Positions 20,619 to 29,785 of a stretch of 52,671 nucleotides of DNA are shown here, one piece after another (the stretch's first letter is position 1; each line of letters begins with the position of its first letter). A model generated the notes under the pieces. It was not told the origin of the DNA. It worked only from the letters and a program-made list of their open reading frames with translations, and did no database searches. The stretch spans positions 1 to 52,671 of the forward strand of contig JBPOJJ010000004.1 in the NCBI GenBank assembly GCA_052033715.1, given 5' to 3'. Origin of the DNA: Patescibacteria group bacterium (GTDB taxonomy: Bacteria; Patescibacteriota; Minisyncoccia; Phycocordibacterales; CSBR16-119). A program made the translations under genes and the position numbers.

Positions 20619-21785
20619 ATGCCAGGGAAACATCACATAACAATCGTCGCCATCGGCATTTTTGTTGTGGTGGGAATTTATTTTTACGCGCCGTACAAAG
20701 ACCAAGTCCAAAACGTCAAAGCCGAAGACTCTTTTGTCGACGGCGCCAGCATAAAACTTCCTGACGATTATGTTCGTGTTACTCATATCAAGACTCCGCA
20801 GCCAATGAAAGCTATTTATATGACTTCGTGGGTTGCTGGGACCCCATCGCTTCGCCAAAAAGTGATAAAAATAATTGATGAAACAGAAGTGAACGCGGTG
20901 GTAATAGATATCAAAGACGATACGGGCAAGGTATCTTTTTTGATTGAAAACGAGCCATTTGCATCGCTTGGTTCTTCGGAAAGTCGTATTTCAGACATAA
21001 GAGAATTGATATCTGAGCTTCATTCAAAAAATATTTACGTTATCGGAAGAATCTCGACCTTCCAAGATCCTTATTTGATAAAAAAATGGCCCGAGGAGGC
21101 GGTTAAAACAGCCTCTGATAAAAATGTTTTGTGGCGTGATCGCAAAGGTATAGGCTGGTTCGACGCTGGTTCAGAAAAAGTCTGGGGTTATGTAACGACT
21201 CTCGCTCGTGAATCATACAATGTCGGCTTCGACGAAATAAACTTTGATTATATTCGTTTTCCATCAGACGGTAACATGAAAGATATTTATTTCCCATACA
21301 GTGAAGGTAAATCGAAATCTGACACTCTGGAATCTTTCTTTAAGCACATCGATCAAGAATTTCGTAAGTCTGAAAATCCGATTCCTATCTCCGCAGATTT
21401 ATTCGGTATGGTTACTACCAACACTGACGACCTGGGTATAGGCCAAGTTCTAGAACGCGCCGCACCATATGTCGACTTCATCTATCCAATGGTCTATCCA
21501 TCTCATTTTCCTGATACCTGGAACGGTTACGGCAATCCAGCTGAAAAACCTTATGAGGTTATCAAGATCACAATGGATTCAGCGGTAAATAAATTAAAGG
21601 CGATAGGCGAAGACCCTGACAAGATTCGTCCGTGGCTTCAGGACTTCAATCTGGGAGCAACTTACACCGCTGAGATGGTCCAAGCGCAGATCAAGGCAAC
21701 TTATGATGCCGGACTTACTTCTTGGCTCATCTGGGATCCGCGCAACATCTATTCTAAAGGCGCGTTTTTACCAGAAGGAGTTTAA
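20619..21785 (+). CDS. Putative glycoside hydrolase (DUF4015-like TIM barrel), membrane-anchored
   Basis: NAVVIDIKDDTG, GFDEINFDYIRFP, PMVYPSH and RPWLQDF motifs. Confidence 0.82.
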   Translation: MPGKHHITIVAIGIFVVVGIYFYAPYKDQVQNVKAEDSFVDGASIKLPDDYVRVTHIKTPQPMKAIYMTSWVAGTPSLRQKVIKIIDETEVNAVVIDIKDDTGKVSFLIENEPFASLGSSESRISDIRELISELHSKNIYVIGRISTFQDPYLIKKWPEEAVKTASDKNVLWRDRKGIGWFDAGSEKVWGYVTTLARESYNVGFDEINFDYIRFPSDGNMKDIYFPYSEGKSKSDTLESFFKHIDQEFRKSENPIPISADLFGMVTTNTDDLGIGQVLERAAPYVDFIYPMVYPSHFPDTWNGYGNPAEKPYEVIKITMDSAVNKLKAIGEDPDKIRPWLQDFNLGATYTAEMVQAQIKATYDAGLTSWLIWDPRNIYSKGAFLPEGV

Positions 21786-21801
21786 ATGTTAAAATCTTAA
21801 T

Positions 21802-23019
21802 ATGCAAACCAGAAAAATATTTCTTTCAGTTTTGGCTTTGGCGATAACCCTTGGAATCGGATTTTGGGTGGGGGCCAAAAGTAACATCGTTTCAAGCGGC
21901 GCCCTCGGCGCCAGCGCGGCTTCTTATGTGCCAACAGATTTGGCTGCGGAAAATATCGACATGGAACAATTCTGGGAGGCTTGGCGGATTATCGACTCTC
22001 GACACCCGGACGGAAAAACAATCACGAGCGAGGAAAAACTTTGGGGAGCCATCGATGGTTTAGCTGGATCGCTCGACGATCCCTACACCACATTCCTTCC
22101 GCCAAAAGAAAATGAAAATCTAAATATTGATTTATCTGGAGAATTTTCAGGTGTCGGTATGGAAGTCGGCATGAAGAACGATAACCTTATCGTCATTGCA
22201 CCACTCAAAGATTCACCAGCCGAAAAAGCTGGGATTGAATCCGGTGATGTAATTCTAAAAATTGATGACGCAACTGTGGCCGGACTAAGTGTTGATCAGG
22301 CCGTCGAAAAGATCCGTGGCGAAAAGGGGACAACAGTGATCATTACTATTGCTCGGAAAGGTTTAACTGAGGCTAAAGACATCAGTATTACTCGAGAGAT
22401 AATTAAAATTCCGGTTATTGAAACCGAATATCTGGAGAAAGACAAAGTTTTTGTAATCAGATTTTTCCAGTTCGGCGAAAATTCCAATCGTGAGTTTGAA
22501 AAAGCTCTAGAAGAATTCCGCGACTCTGACTCCAAACACCTGATAGTTGATCTTCGTAATAATCCAGGCGGGTATCTATCTTCAGCAATTAACATCACGA
22601 GCTGGTTTTTGCCAGAAGGTAAAGTAATCGTAAGTGAACAATCACGCGACGAGAAGTACAACAAGACTTACGAAAGCTATGGCCACTTCCTAAGTGGAAC
22701 CTACAAAATGGTAATCCTGGTAAATGGTGGCTCGGCCTCAGCGTCCGAGATCATGGCCGGAGCTCTCCAAGAACATGGTGTGGCCAAGCTCGTCGGAACC
22801 CAAACTTTCGGCAAAGGTTCAGTCCAGGAATTGGTACCAATGAAAGGGAAAACTGCCCTTAAGATGACGGTCGCCAAATGGTACACTCCGAAAGGACTTT
22901 CTATCTCCAAACAAGGCTTGAAACCTGACGTGGTGGTGGAATTTGACGAAGCAAAGTATCTAAAAGATAAAACCGATACCCAGTTGCAAAAGGCCATAGA
23001 AACGGTAAAATCGCTGTAA
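21802..23019 (+). CDS. S41 C-terminal processing peptidase (CtpA-like) with PDZ domain
   Basis: DLRNNPGG, SASASEI and QTFGKGSVQ motifs. Confidence 0.93.
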   Translation: MQTRKIFLSVLALAITLGIGFWVGAKSNIVSSGALGASAASYVPTDLAAENIDMEQFWEAWRIIDSRHPDGKTITSEEKLWGAIDGLAGSLDDPYTTFLPPKENENLNIDLSGEFSGVGMEVGMKNDNLIVIAPLKDSPAEKAGIESGDVILKIDDATVAGLSVDQAVEKIRGEKGTTVIITIARKGLTEAKDISITREIIKIPVIETEYLEKDKVFVIRFFQFGENSNREFEKALEEFRDSDSKHLIVDLRNNPGGYLSSAINITSWFLPEGKVIVSEQSRDEKYNKTYESYGHFLSGTYKMVILVNGGSASASEIMAGALQEHGVAKLVGTQTFGKGSVQELVPMKGKTALKMTVAKWYTPKGLSISKQGLKPDVVVEFDEAKYLKDKTDTQLQKAIETVKSL

Positions 23020-23022
23020 TGA

Positions 23023-23152
23023 ATCCGGTAGTAGAAAATGGCATTAAAGGATTCTCAGAAATTTAAAGAAAGCAAAGCAGATGGGGTTTGATAAATTTTA
23101 ATTAGAAGTGACACAGCTCCTTAAGAGCGATGCCATTTTTCACTAACCGGAT
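23023..23152 (+). ncRNA. Candidate structured RNA: 130-nt rod, either a rplI leader or a 6S-like RNA
   Basis: About 22-bp closing stem ATCCGGTAGTAGAAAATGGCAT / ATGCCATTTTTCACTAACCGGAT and inner stems; upstream TTGCAA-16-TAAAAT at 22984-23011. Confidence 0.45.
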
Positions 23153-23585
23153 GAAAGTCATATTTTTGCAGAACGTCAAAAAGGTTGGTCAGAAAGACCA
23201 GATCAAAGAGATTAATAGTGGCTATGCCATGAACTTTCTCATTCCACAGAAACTCGCCGTTGAAGCAACTCCGACCATGATCAAAAACCTCGAGAAAAAG
23301 CTTGCCGAGAAAGCTAGTGGGATAGAGAAGGGAACGGCTCAATTTCGAGAAACGGTAGGGAAGTTGGAGGGCTTTACCCTGGTTATAAAAAAGAAAGCCA
23401 ACGCCGAAGGACATTTGTTTTCGTCCGTCACACTCAAAGATATCGTGACGACTCTCCAATCACAAAATTTTAATCTTCATGATAAAGATTTGGATTTACG
23501 CAGTCCGATCAAGGTGATAGGGAAGTTGAATATTCCAATCAAAAATACTGACAAGCTTCTTTCAATCGATATCCAGCCAGAATAG
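23151..23585 (+). CDS. rplI: 50S ribosomal protein L9
   Basis: MKVIFLQNVK...GYAMNFLIPQKLA and GHLFSSV motifs. Confidence 0.93.
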   Translation: MKVIFLQNVKKVGQKDQIKEINSGYAMNFLIPQKLAVEATPTMIKNLEKKLAEKASGIEKGTAQFRETVGKLEGFTLVIKKKANAEGHLFSSVTLKDIVTTLQSQNFNLHDKDLDLRSPIKVIGKLNIPIKNTDKLLSIDIQPE

Positions 23586-23613
23586 CAAAAGACCCCGAAA
23601 CGGGGTCTTTTGC
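23585..23613. terminator. Bidirectional terminator between rplI and rpmA
   Basis: GCAAAAGACCCCG-aaa-CGGGGTCTTTTGC. Confidence 0.85.
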
Positions 23614-23624
23614 ATTTTAAGCGA

Positions 23625-23906
23625 TTATTTTGAGGGAACGATGTGAACTATTTTCTTGGAAACTGTTCGGTTATCAAATCCGGTTTTGCGAGTTCGGCCG
23701 AGTTTTACTGTGCCACTAACGAGAGCGTGGATAGTGTGATCCTTGCCCATATCAGTGTTCTGTCCTGGCATAAAATCAGTTCCTCGTTGTCGTACGATAA
23801 TAGAGCCCGCATTGGCTTTCTGGCCATCTGCGATCTTTACCCCTAGGTATTTAGGGTTTGAATCTCTTAAATTTCTAGCTGTTCCGCCGGCTTTTCTATG
23901 TGCCAT
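23625..23906 (-). CDS. rpmA: 50S ribosomal protein L27
   Basis: MAHRKAGG...[11 protein letters not shown] and GKDHTIHA motifs. Confidence 0.96.
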   Translation of the reverse strand: MAHRKAGGTARNLRDSNPKYLGVKIADGQKANAGSIIVRQRGTDFMPGQNTDMGKDHTIHALVSGTVKLGRTRKTGFDNRTVSKKIVHIVPSK

Positions 23907-24008
23907 ATTTGTATATGAATAAACGTTTTAAAGAGCCCACATTATAGGATATTCCGGGGGAAAATGCAATGGCCTACTCGGCCATCTTCGATATGGTAGA
24001 ATGAGACT

Positions 24009-24797
24009 ATGAAAAAACTACCTTGGGTCATGGTTATCGTGCTTTTGGGGGTAATCGGGTTTATGGCTTTTGGGTCTAAAAAGGATACGGTCGTAGAAGA
24101 CGATAGAGGTACTCCGGTGGCGCCCATTTTAGATGAAGTACCTCAAAGTTCCGGCCATATATTTGATGGGGAAGAAGAAAAAGCTATAACTGAGTCTAAC
24201 CAGTATCTGAAAGTTGACGCCAAGTATCCGGCGTTTGAAAATAAGGATATTAGTGAAATTGTCGAGGATTTCGTCCAGACACAACTTGCACAGTTCAAGT
24301 CTGAAACTAATATAGATGACATGTCACAGTCCGAAAAAGACTTCCTGTTCCAGAATGGTTCCAAATATGAATTCAGTACGACGTACAAAATTTATGAGAC
24401 TGAAAATCTCTCGACGGTTTTGTTTTCTATCTCGACATATACCGGTGGGGCACACAACAGTTTGGTTCTCCGAAGCCTTAATTTCAATGACCAGGGTAAG
24501 ACAATAACCATTGGGGATTTGTTCCAGCCAGAATCCAATTATCTATCGGAGCTCTCGACTCTTTCGAGAACCAAACTCAAAGCAAGCCTCAAAGATAATT
24601 CCGCTGAATGGTTTACCGACGGCACAACACCAATCACGTCAAACTTCGAAACGTTCTATCTGACCGACGAAAACATACTTCATATAGTATTCCAACCATA
24701 CCAAGTCGCGGCGTGGGTCGCTGGCGCGCCAGAAATAACTATTGATATCAAAACTGAATTGAAGGATGTTATAAGTTCAGATTTTGTAAATGAATAG
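24009..24797 (+). CDS. Membrane-anchored DUF3298/DUF4163 (RsiV/PdaC-like) protein
   Basis: N-terminal TM; YTGGAHN and F-PYQVAAW-AG motifs. Confidence 0.78.
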   Translation: MKKLPWVMVIVLLGVIGFMAFGSKKDTVVEDDRGTPVAPILDEVPQSSGHIFDGEEEKAITESNQYLKVDAKYPAFENKDISEIVEDFVQTQLAQFKSETNIDDMSQSEKDFLFQNGSKYEFSTTYKIYETENLSTVLFSISTYTGGAHNSLVLRSLNFNDQGKTITIGDLFQPESNYLSELSTLSRTKLKASLKDNSAEWFTDGTTPITSNFETFYLTDENILHIVFQPYQVAAWVAGAPEITIDIKTELKDVISSDFVNE

Positions 24798-25113
24798 GTT
24801 TAAAAATATCGACAAAAAATCTCTTGCCCTCATTGCCATAATTATTTTGACCTCTACGGCGTCTTTTGGGCTAGGTAGACTATCAATAATTGAGCAAGTT
24901 CGCGCCAAAGATGACGTAGAGATCATAATACCGAGACTTTCTAATCTAAAAGTCGATGAATCGAAGTTCAAATATTTGGCATCTAAAAGCGGGACGAAAT
25001 ATTATCCAATGGGCTGTAAATCGGCAAATCGCATAAAACCTGAAAATCGAGTTTATTTTAATACAGTAGATGAAGCAGAGGAGAGCGGTCTAACTTTGGC
25101 GTCCGGGTGCTAG
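24790..25113 (+). CDS. Membrane protein with a C-terminal Ada-metal-binding-like motif
   Basis: ASKSGTKYY..GC...RI..EN..YF....EAE motif. Confidence 0.7.
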   Translation: MNRFKNIDKKSLALIAIIILTSTASFGLGRLSIIEQVRAKDDVEIIIPRLSNLKVDESKFKYLASKSGTKYYPMGCKSANRIKPENRVYFNTVDEAEESGLTLASGC

Positions 25114-25178
25114 AAACAGGGGATAAAAGTAGAAAAATACTAAAATTATTATTTGTTGAAGTTTGACCAAATTTGCCG

Positions 25179-25257
25179 AGGGAAGTGCAATCTCTCTTAT
25201 AGAACCACGTCGCACAATATATCTTTTACGACGCTTGGCTCTAAGGAGGACTTCCCT
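25179..25257. other. 79-nt intergenic rod hairpin
   Basis: AGGGAAGT/ACTTCCCT outer stem, bulged middle stem and CGTCG/CGACG inner stem. Confidence 0.45.
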
Positions 25258-25405
25258 ATAAACAACTAAGAATTTAAGGGGTTGATCCGAAATTTTATCT
25301 ACATCCCTACTCTGGGCTCCTGGGTTAATATAAGTCGAGTCTGACTTCATCTCGAAATCTATATCCTCCCCCTATTCCTATTCTCCACATCTCTACTTTC
25401 AGTTA

Positions 25406-25433
25406 TTGACTTATCTTACGCAAACCGTAAAGT
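25406..25433 (+). promoter_or_regulatory. Promoter TTGACT-16-TAAAGT
   Basis: 20 nt upstream of ATG 25454. Confidence 0.55.
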
Positions 25434-25453
25434 TGGTCTCAAAAGGTACACTC

Positions 25454-26095
25454 ATGGTAAAACAATCAGCTCAGAAAGACTGGCTGATCTTGCCAGTCCA
25501 CAACCATCCGACACTCAACCGTTGGACGAGAAAGAAGCTTCTTCGACGCAAGCTGATGACCGTTGGAGATGTAGTGAAGATCTGCCTGACCAAGGATGGG
25601 TACTTCATACCGATCCGATCTCGCGGTTTCGGCACTGCAATCAATTACGATATCGCCAAGCTTCTGTACCGCACTGGTTTTCTTACCAAGGACAAGCTTG
25701 CGAAAGTAAGCACTCCGGACTGGGTTCTTCGCAAGCCAACCGATAAAGAAATCGGTGCGGCGGGTAAGAAACTCATTTCAAAGTTCACGTGGTCTGAAGC
25801 AGCGCACATCGTCATCAAGCACACCTGCAACATCGGCAACAGAGGTTTACCATGCACTCCCCGACTCAGAACGTGGAAAGGAATCACTGTGGGTGATGTG
25901 GTGAAGCGATTCATCAGGATGAACAATGAAGGGAAACCGTACTTTTGGAGAACAGGACATCTCGGTTCCCATTGGTACTCCCGAGACGAAGCACTTATTG
26001 ACGCCCTCCAAGAATGTTTGCCGGAGATCGAAAGATTTCTATACGACAACCATTTTCTGGAGACTACCACAAAGCCCGAAAAGGAAGAGCCTTAG
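25454..26095 (+). CDS. Orphan protein with two repeats resembling the RNA polymerase alpha C-terminal domain
   Basis: Duplicated TVGDVVK motif; alignment by eye to alpha-CTD. Confidence 0.6.
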   Translation: MVKQSAQKDWLILPVHNHPTLNRWTRKKLLRRKLMTVGDVVKICLTKDGYFIPIRSRGFGTAINYDIAKLLYRTGFLTKDKLAKVSTPDWVLRKPTDKEIGAAGKKLISKFTWSEAAHIVIKHTCNIGNRGLPCTPRLRTWKGITVGDVVKRFIRMNNEGKPYFWRTGHLGSHWYSRDEALIDALQECLPEIERFLYDNHFLETTTKPEKEEP

Positions 26096-26109
26096 CGGGC
26101 TTTTCCTTT
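26080..26109 (+). terminator. Intrinsic terminator
   Basis: AAAGGAAGAGCC-ttagcg-GGCTTTTCCTTT. Confidence 0.65.
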
Positions 26110-26112
26110 ATA

Positions 26113-26141
26113 TTGACACCCCACATTCTATAACGTATAAA
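26113..26141 (+). promoter_or_regulatory. Promoter TTGACA-17-TATAAA
   Basis: Near consensus; directly after the preceding terminator. Confidence 0.75.
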
Positions 26142-26199
26142 TAAACCGAATTCGGTCATTAGCGACCAGTCCCTTCCCACAAAACAAAACCCCCTTCAC

Positions 26200-26607
26200 A
26201 TGAAAAAGTTCCTCATCGCATTCTTGATCTTGGCTGGAGCCGTGGTCATGATACTTACTTTCTTCAACGCCGCCAATGCGTTTGCATTAGAGGGAGCAGG
26301 CGATGACGTGCAACGCATTCCGAAAGTCTACGCACTCATGGCGACTACGCTCGCTTGCCTTGGATGGATAACAGCTAAAGGGACATGGTCTCGCTTGGCA
26401 GTATTACTCGCCATCGCCATAGTGGCCATGGCGCCCATCAAAATGTCCTGGAGATTCTATCCAAAAAACGATGGTGGCATCTCCCTACTAGATTGGATGA
26501 CCATCGCCAACTCTTTGGCTGGAGCACTCCTCGGCATCGCTACCTACTACGTGATAAAGTACTTATTCGCGAAGGACGCGAAGAACTGTTCAGCCGTGAT
26601 GGACTAA
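26200..26607 (+). CDS. Orphan membrane protein (signal peptide plus about 3 TMs)
   Basis: 135 aa, hydrophobic; has its own promoter and terminator. Confidence 0.75.
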   Translation: MKKFLIAFLILAGAVVMILTFFNAANAFALEGAGDDVQRIPKVYALMATTLACLGWITAKGTWSRLAVLLAIAIVAMAPIKMSWRFYPKNDGGISLLDWMTIANSLAGALLGIATYYVIKYLFAKDAKNCSAVMD

Positions 26608-26629
26608 GAACATACCACGACAACGTGGA

Positions 26630-26662
26630 AGCCCCGGCGCGATGCCGGGGCTCCTTCTTTTT
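26630..26662 (+). terminator. Intrinsic terminator
   Basis: AGCCCCGGC-gcgat-GCCGGGGCT followed by ccttcttttt. Confidence 0.75.
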
Positions 26663-27133
26663 AAAAAGGAAATTCTGCGACGATTTTGTATTCTTGAACA
26701 GGCGGTTCAAAGTCTGGAGAACCTTCGTCAAATTCTTGTTTCATTACGAGATATGAATTCTCTCCTTTTGTAATTTTAAAAACAAAACCGAATCCCGCGC
26801 CGTAGCATTGAACATTTTTCGTACCGGCCAAGCTATCCGTTTCAACATCCGGCAACTCATTACAACTTCCGTGTGACACCTGGATTAATTTGCTCGTCAC
26901 TTCCCCGCTAGAATATTTTGCATCGAGCAAAACATTCGTATTTGGATTACCGTCACCGTTTAATGTCTCGGCCTTTTTAAATCTCCATGTAAAAAAGTTG
27001 GCACTCCCATCGAAACAATCGGCGCCGGAGCCTCGGCCTGCTTTTCGTTATAAATGTAATTATTCAACGCGTAAAAACCGACAATAAGCACACCGATAAC
27101 AACAATCACGATAAGAAGGTTTTTTATATTCAT
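26661..27133 (-). pseudogene. Membrane-anchored protein gene split by a -1 frameshift at a T6 run (about 157 aa if joined)
   Basis: The N-terminal TM ORF from ATG 27133 stops at 26960. The -1 frame continues FTWRFKKAETLNGDGNPNTNVLLDAKY into track ORF 26661..26930. Confidence 0.65.
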
Positions 27134-27137
27134 AAAT

Positions 27138-27563
27138 TTATTTAACCACAAATCGATTTTGGACGGCCAAGATTGCCAAAACAAGAATGTAAACGATGTG
27201 ATCATCGATGATTGGATTATTCTCTGGCGGAAACAATGCCAAATACATAAGGAGCATCAAAATAATTCCGGCGATACTTGCCCATGTACGATACTGGCGG
27301 AAAAGCAGTCCTAGCCCGATTCCCAAAAGACCAATCATAAAAAGCCAGTCTACGATGGGCTTCCCCGCCAAGCTTTGAAAAAATGAAGCAAAAGGACCAT
27401 GCGTCCCATGGAGCAGAAACCCGCTCGTCGGCGACCCGCCACGAATCCAGGCGCTGGTGGACGTTGTTGCAAATCCCAGACCGAATGTTTTATCAGCAAA
27501 AGCCCAGAGGAAGATGAAGGCCATGATGACTCGAAGACTGGTTAAAAGTTTCTGAAAATTCAT
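27138..27563 (-). CDS. DoxX/DoxD-family membrane protein
   Basis: LRVIMAFIFLWAFADK, WIRGGSPT-GFL and NNPIIDDH motifs. Confidence 0.82.
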   Translation of the reverse strand: MNFQKLLTSLRVIMAFIFLWAFADKTFGLGFATTSTSAWIRGGSPTSGFLLHGTHGPFASFFQSLAGKPIVDWLFMIGLLGIGLGLLFRQYRTWASIAGIILMLLMYLALFPPENNPIIDDHIVYILVLAILAVQNRFVVK

Positions 27564-27572
27564 ATCTGAATT

Positions 27573-27902
27573 TTAATTCTTCGCGTTGTAGTTATCAATC
27601 AGGCCTGGTACCGTCGGCCAATCCTCGAGATTGGGATTCGTAAAGTCTGTCGGCGTCTGACCATCACGCAGACGTTCCATGTTTCGAGCAAAAGTTTCCC
27701 AGAGGATACCAACGATGAGTTCTTCCCAAAGCCACCTAGCGGGCTGTGCCAGATAAGTGTTCCAAAAACCAACGGCCCCGGTCGAGACGTAAGAAACATT
27801 TTCTTGCACACCGTCGTTTTCAACGACGTCATGCTGAACGGATACGCCCATGAGTCCGAGCGCCACAAGTATAAGCACGATAACAAACAGAGTTTTAATC
27901 AT
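27573..27902 (-). CDS. Hypothetical secreted or membrane protein
   Basis: N-terminal hydrophobic segment; tight operon packing. Confidence 0.7.
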   Translation of the reverse strand: MIKTLFVIVLILVALGLMGVSVQHDVVENDGVQENVSYVSTGAVGFWNTYLAQPARWLWEELIVGILWETFARNMERLRDGQTPTDFTNPNLEDWPTVPGLIDNYNAKN

Positions 27903-27920
27903 GGCTTAATAATAACAAAT

Positions 27921-28181
27921 TCATTTAATCGCACCTTCAGTTCTCAACAGTTTCTCTTTGGCCGCTTCTCCGCCCCGATTATAGTTACCAATTCGTCCGT
28001 CAGAGCGAATCACCCGATGACACGGCACATCTGATCGAAAATTCTGCGCCATGACCGTACCAACCACACGCGAAGCGCCCGGGTTGCCGGCTTTGGTTGC
28101 AACTTGTTTGTATGTCATCGTCTTCCCTCTCGGGATTTTGCGCACAACGTCTAGAACTTTTTCGATAAAAGTCTTCTTCAT
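27921..28181 (-). CDS. MGMT/Ogt-family alkylguanine DNA-binding/methyltransferase domain protein
   Basis: IPRGKTMTY, SRVVGT and VPCHRVIRSDG motifs. Confidence 0.9.
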   Translation of the reverse strand: MKKTFIEKVLDVVRKIPRGKTMTYKQVATKAGNPGASRVVGTVMAQNFRSDVPCHRVIRSDGRIGNYNRGGEAAKEKLLRTEGAIK

Positions 28182-29495
28182 TTATTTAAACATCACATCG
28201 GTCGCTTGTGGTAGATAATCAAGTGGATTTAGATAGAACGAATTCGCCACAACCGGCGTCGTGTAATTCTTGCCCGGACATCCGGCCGAGGCCCATGTCG
28301 TCACAGAAACGGCTTGCGCCGGCATCACGCCGACGTGAAGGTGCGGAGCGGTTGAATATCCAGTATTCCCGCTGTAAGCGATCAGATCGCCAGTTTTGAC
28401 CCTTTGACCGGTCTTTACAAGCGTTTGAGAAAGGTGAAAATACGTACTCGCTAGTCCGTTATCGTATTTCAAAAGTACCCAGATGCCCGTCGAAGCCTTT
28501 GGACAGACAGTATCAGTATTGCCCGCACCCAAAACCACTCCGTCCGCCATAGCCAAAACTTTGTCAGAATTCGCACGGAAATCTACCCCGGCATGACGAC
28601 CCTTGAATGGTCCGGTTCGATATGAATAAAGTCGATAAGAGCTTTCGGTTAGACCGAATCCTTGTGTTATCAAGACGTGTTCAAGCGGCCATGCCAAAAT
28701 TCCATGTTTAGGTTTTGGATATTCCGCCGAGCCACTATCAAAGTTTAGTTTGGCCTCGAGAGCTGCCAAATCAGACTCGAACTGCGCTTGAAGTTTCTTT
28801 TTTTCCTCAACAATTTTTTTATAAGCCGCCTCTTGGCTTTTGGTTTGATTTAAAAGAACGGTCTTGTCTTTCTTGTTTGCCTCAACAACTTTTTGCTGAA
28901 CAACAACCTCTACTTTATATTCTTCCAAATCTTGTTTTTTGACCTCTCGATCTTTTTTATCTTTGTCCAACCTTTCCGTTTCCGTCATGAGACCGTAAAT
29001 ACTCTCGCCTATTTTTTTATTCAGATTTCGATTTTCTTCAGTTACATTCAATGCTTCTGTCATCGATCCTTCGGCCAAAACAAGCATGACAAAAGGTCTG
29101 GTGTCAGCTTCATTTAACTCTTTAATATTTTGACCAATAGCGACTTTCAAATTATCGATTCTCTGCAAACGATCAGAAATGTTTTGATTTAGATTTTTGA
29201 TATTACTTTCGACGACACCGATTTTGGATTGGGTCAGTTTAACTTCTGTTCCAAGTTTCTTGCCGGTCAGATCAAGCTCTTTGACTGTTTTATCCAAAGT
29301 ATTTTTCTCGGCGCTAATAGCGTCGAGCTTGGCCTGATCTTGTCGAAGTTGTTCGTCGAGTTCAGCTTTGGCGCGGGCCTTGGCTTCGAGCTCGGCCTGG
29401 ATGTCAGAAGAAGTTTGAGCGAAAACATTTGTCGTGCCAATAGCAAAAAAACAAATTATTACCACTAAAAAGATTTTAGTCAGAAACTGCCTCAT
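28182..29495 (-). CDS. Secreted coiled-coil M23 peptidoglycan endopeptidase (EnvC-like)
   Basis: HAGVD, YFHLS and PHLH zinc motifs. Start reassigned to MRQFL (TATTAT then 6 nt). Confidence 0.88.
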   Translation of the reverse strand: MRQFLTKIFLVVIICFFAIGTTNVFAQTSSDIQAELEAKARAKAELDEQLRQDQAKLDAISAEKNTLDKTVKELDLTGKKLGTEVKLTQSKIGVVESNIKNLNQNISDRLQRIDNLKVAIGQNIKELNEADTRPFVMLVLAEGSMTEALNVTEENRNLNKKIGESIYGLMTETERLDKDKKDREVKKQDLEEYKVEVVVQQKVVEANKKDKTVLLNQTKSQEAAYKKIVEEKKKLQAQFESDLAALEAKLNFDSGSAEYPKPKHGILAWPLEHVLITQGFGLTESSYRLYSYRTGPFKGRHAGVDFRANSDKVLAMADGVVLGAGNTDTVCPKASTGIWVLLKYDNGLASTYFHLSQTLVKTGQRVKTGDLIAYSGNTGYSTAPHLHVGVMPAQAVSVTTWASAGCPGKNYTTPVVANSFYLNPLDYLPQATDVMFK

Positions 29496-29558
29496 CTCCA
29501 TATAATACATCATTTTTACCGCCTTTTCTGTGGGTAAAAATTAGGCATATTTTAATAC

Positions 29559-29587
29559 TTGACATATGCAGTGTATTGTGGTACTCT
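29559..29587 (+). promoter_or_regulatory. Promoter TTGACA-17-TACTCT
   Basis: 23 nt upstream of ATG 29611. Confidence 0.7.
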
Positions 29588-29610
29588 ATACACATAAAGC
29601 ACCCAACGCC

Positions 29611-29760
29611 ATGAAAAAGCACCTCATCCTCTTCGCCGGCACGATCATCCTGTTCCTCGCTTCCTGCGCCTCCAGCATGGGTACCCACCACCGCGCCGGT
29701 TCCGACCGGAACCCCAGCGCCTCCCAGAACCCCCGGAGCCCCTGCTACTACAAGCGCTGA
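29611..29760 (+). CDS. Small putative lipoprotein, 49 aa (lipobox LASC)
   Basis: MKKHLILFAGTIILFLAS-C; 96/150 nt G+C (64%); has its own promoter and terminator. Confidence 0.72.
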   Translation: MKKHLILFAGTIILFLASCASSMGTHHRAGSDRNPSASQNPRSPCYYKR

Positions 29761-29785
29761 TCACCGACAAGGTGACGAAGAGCAT

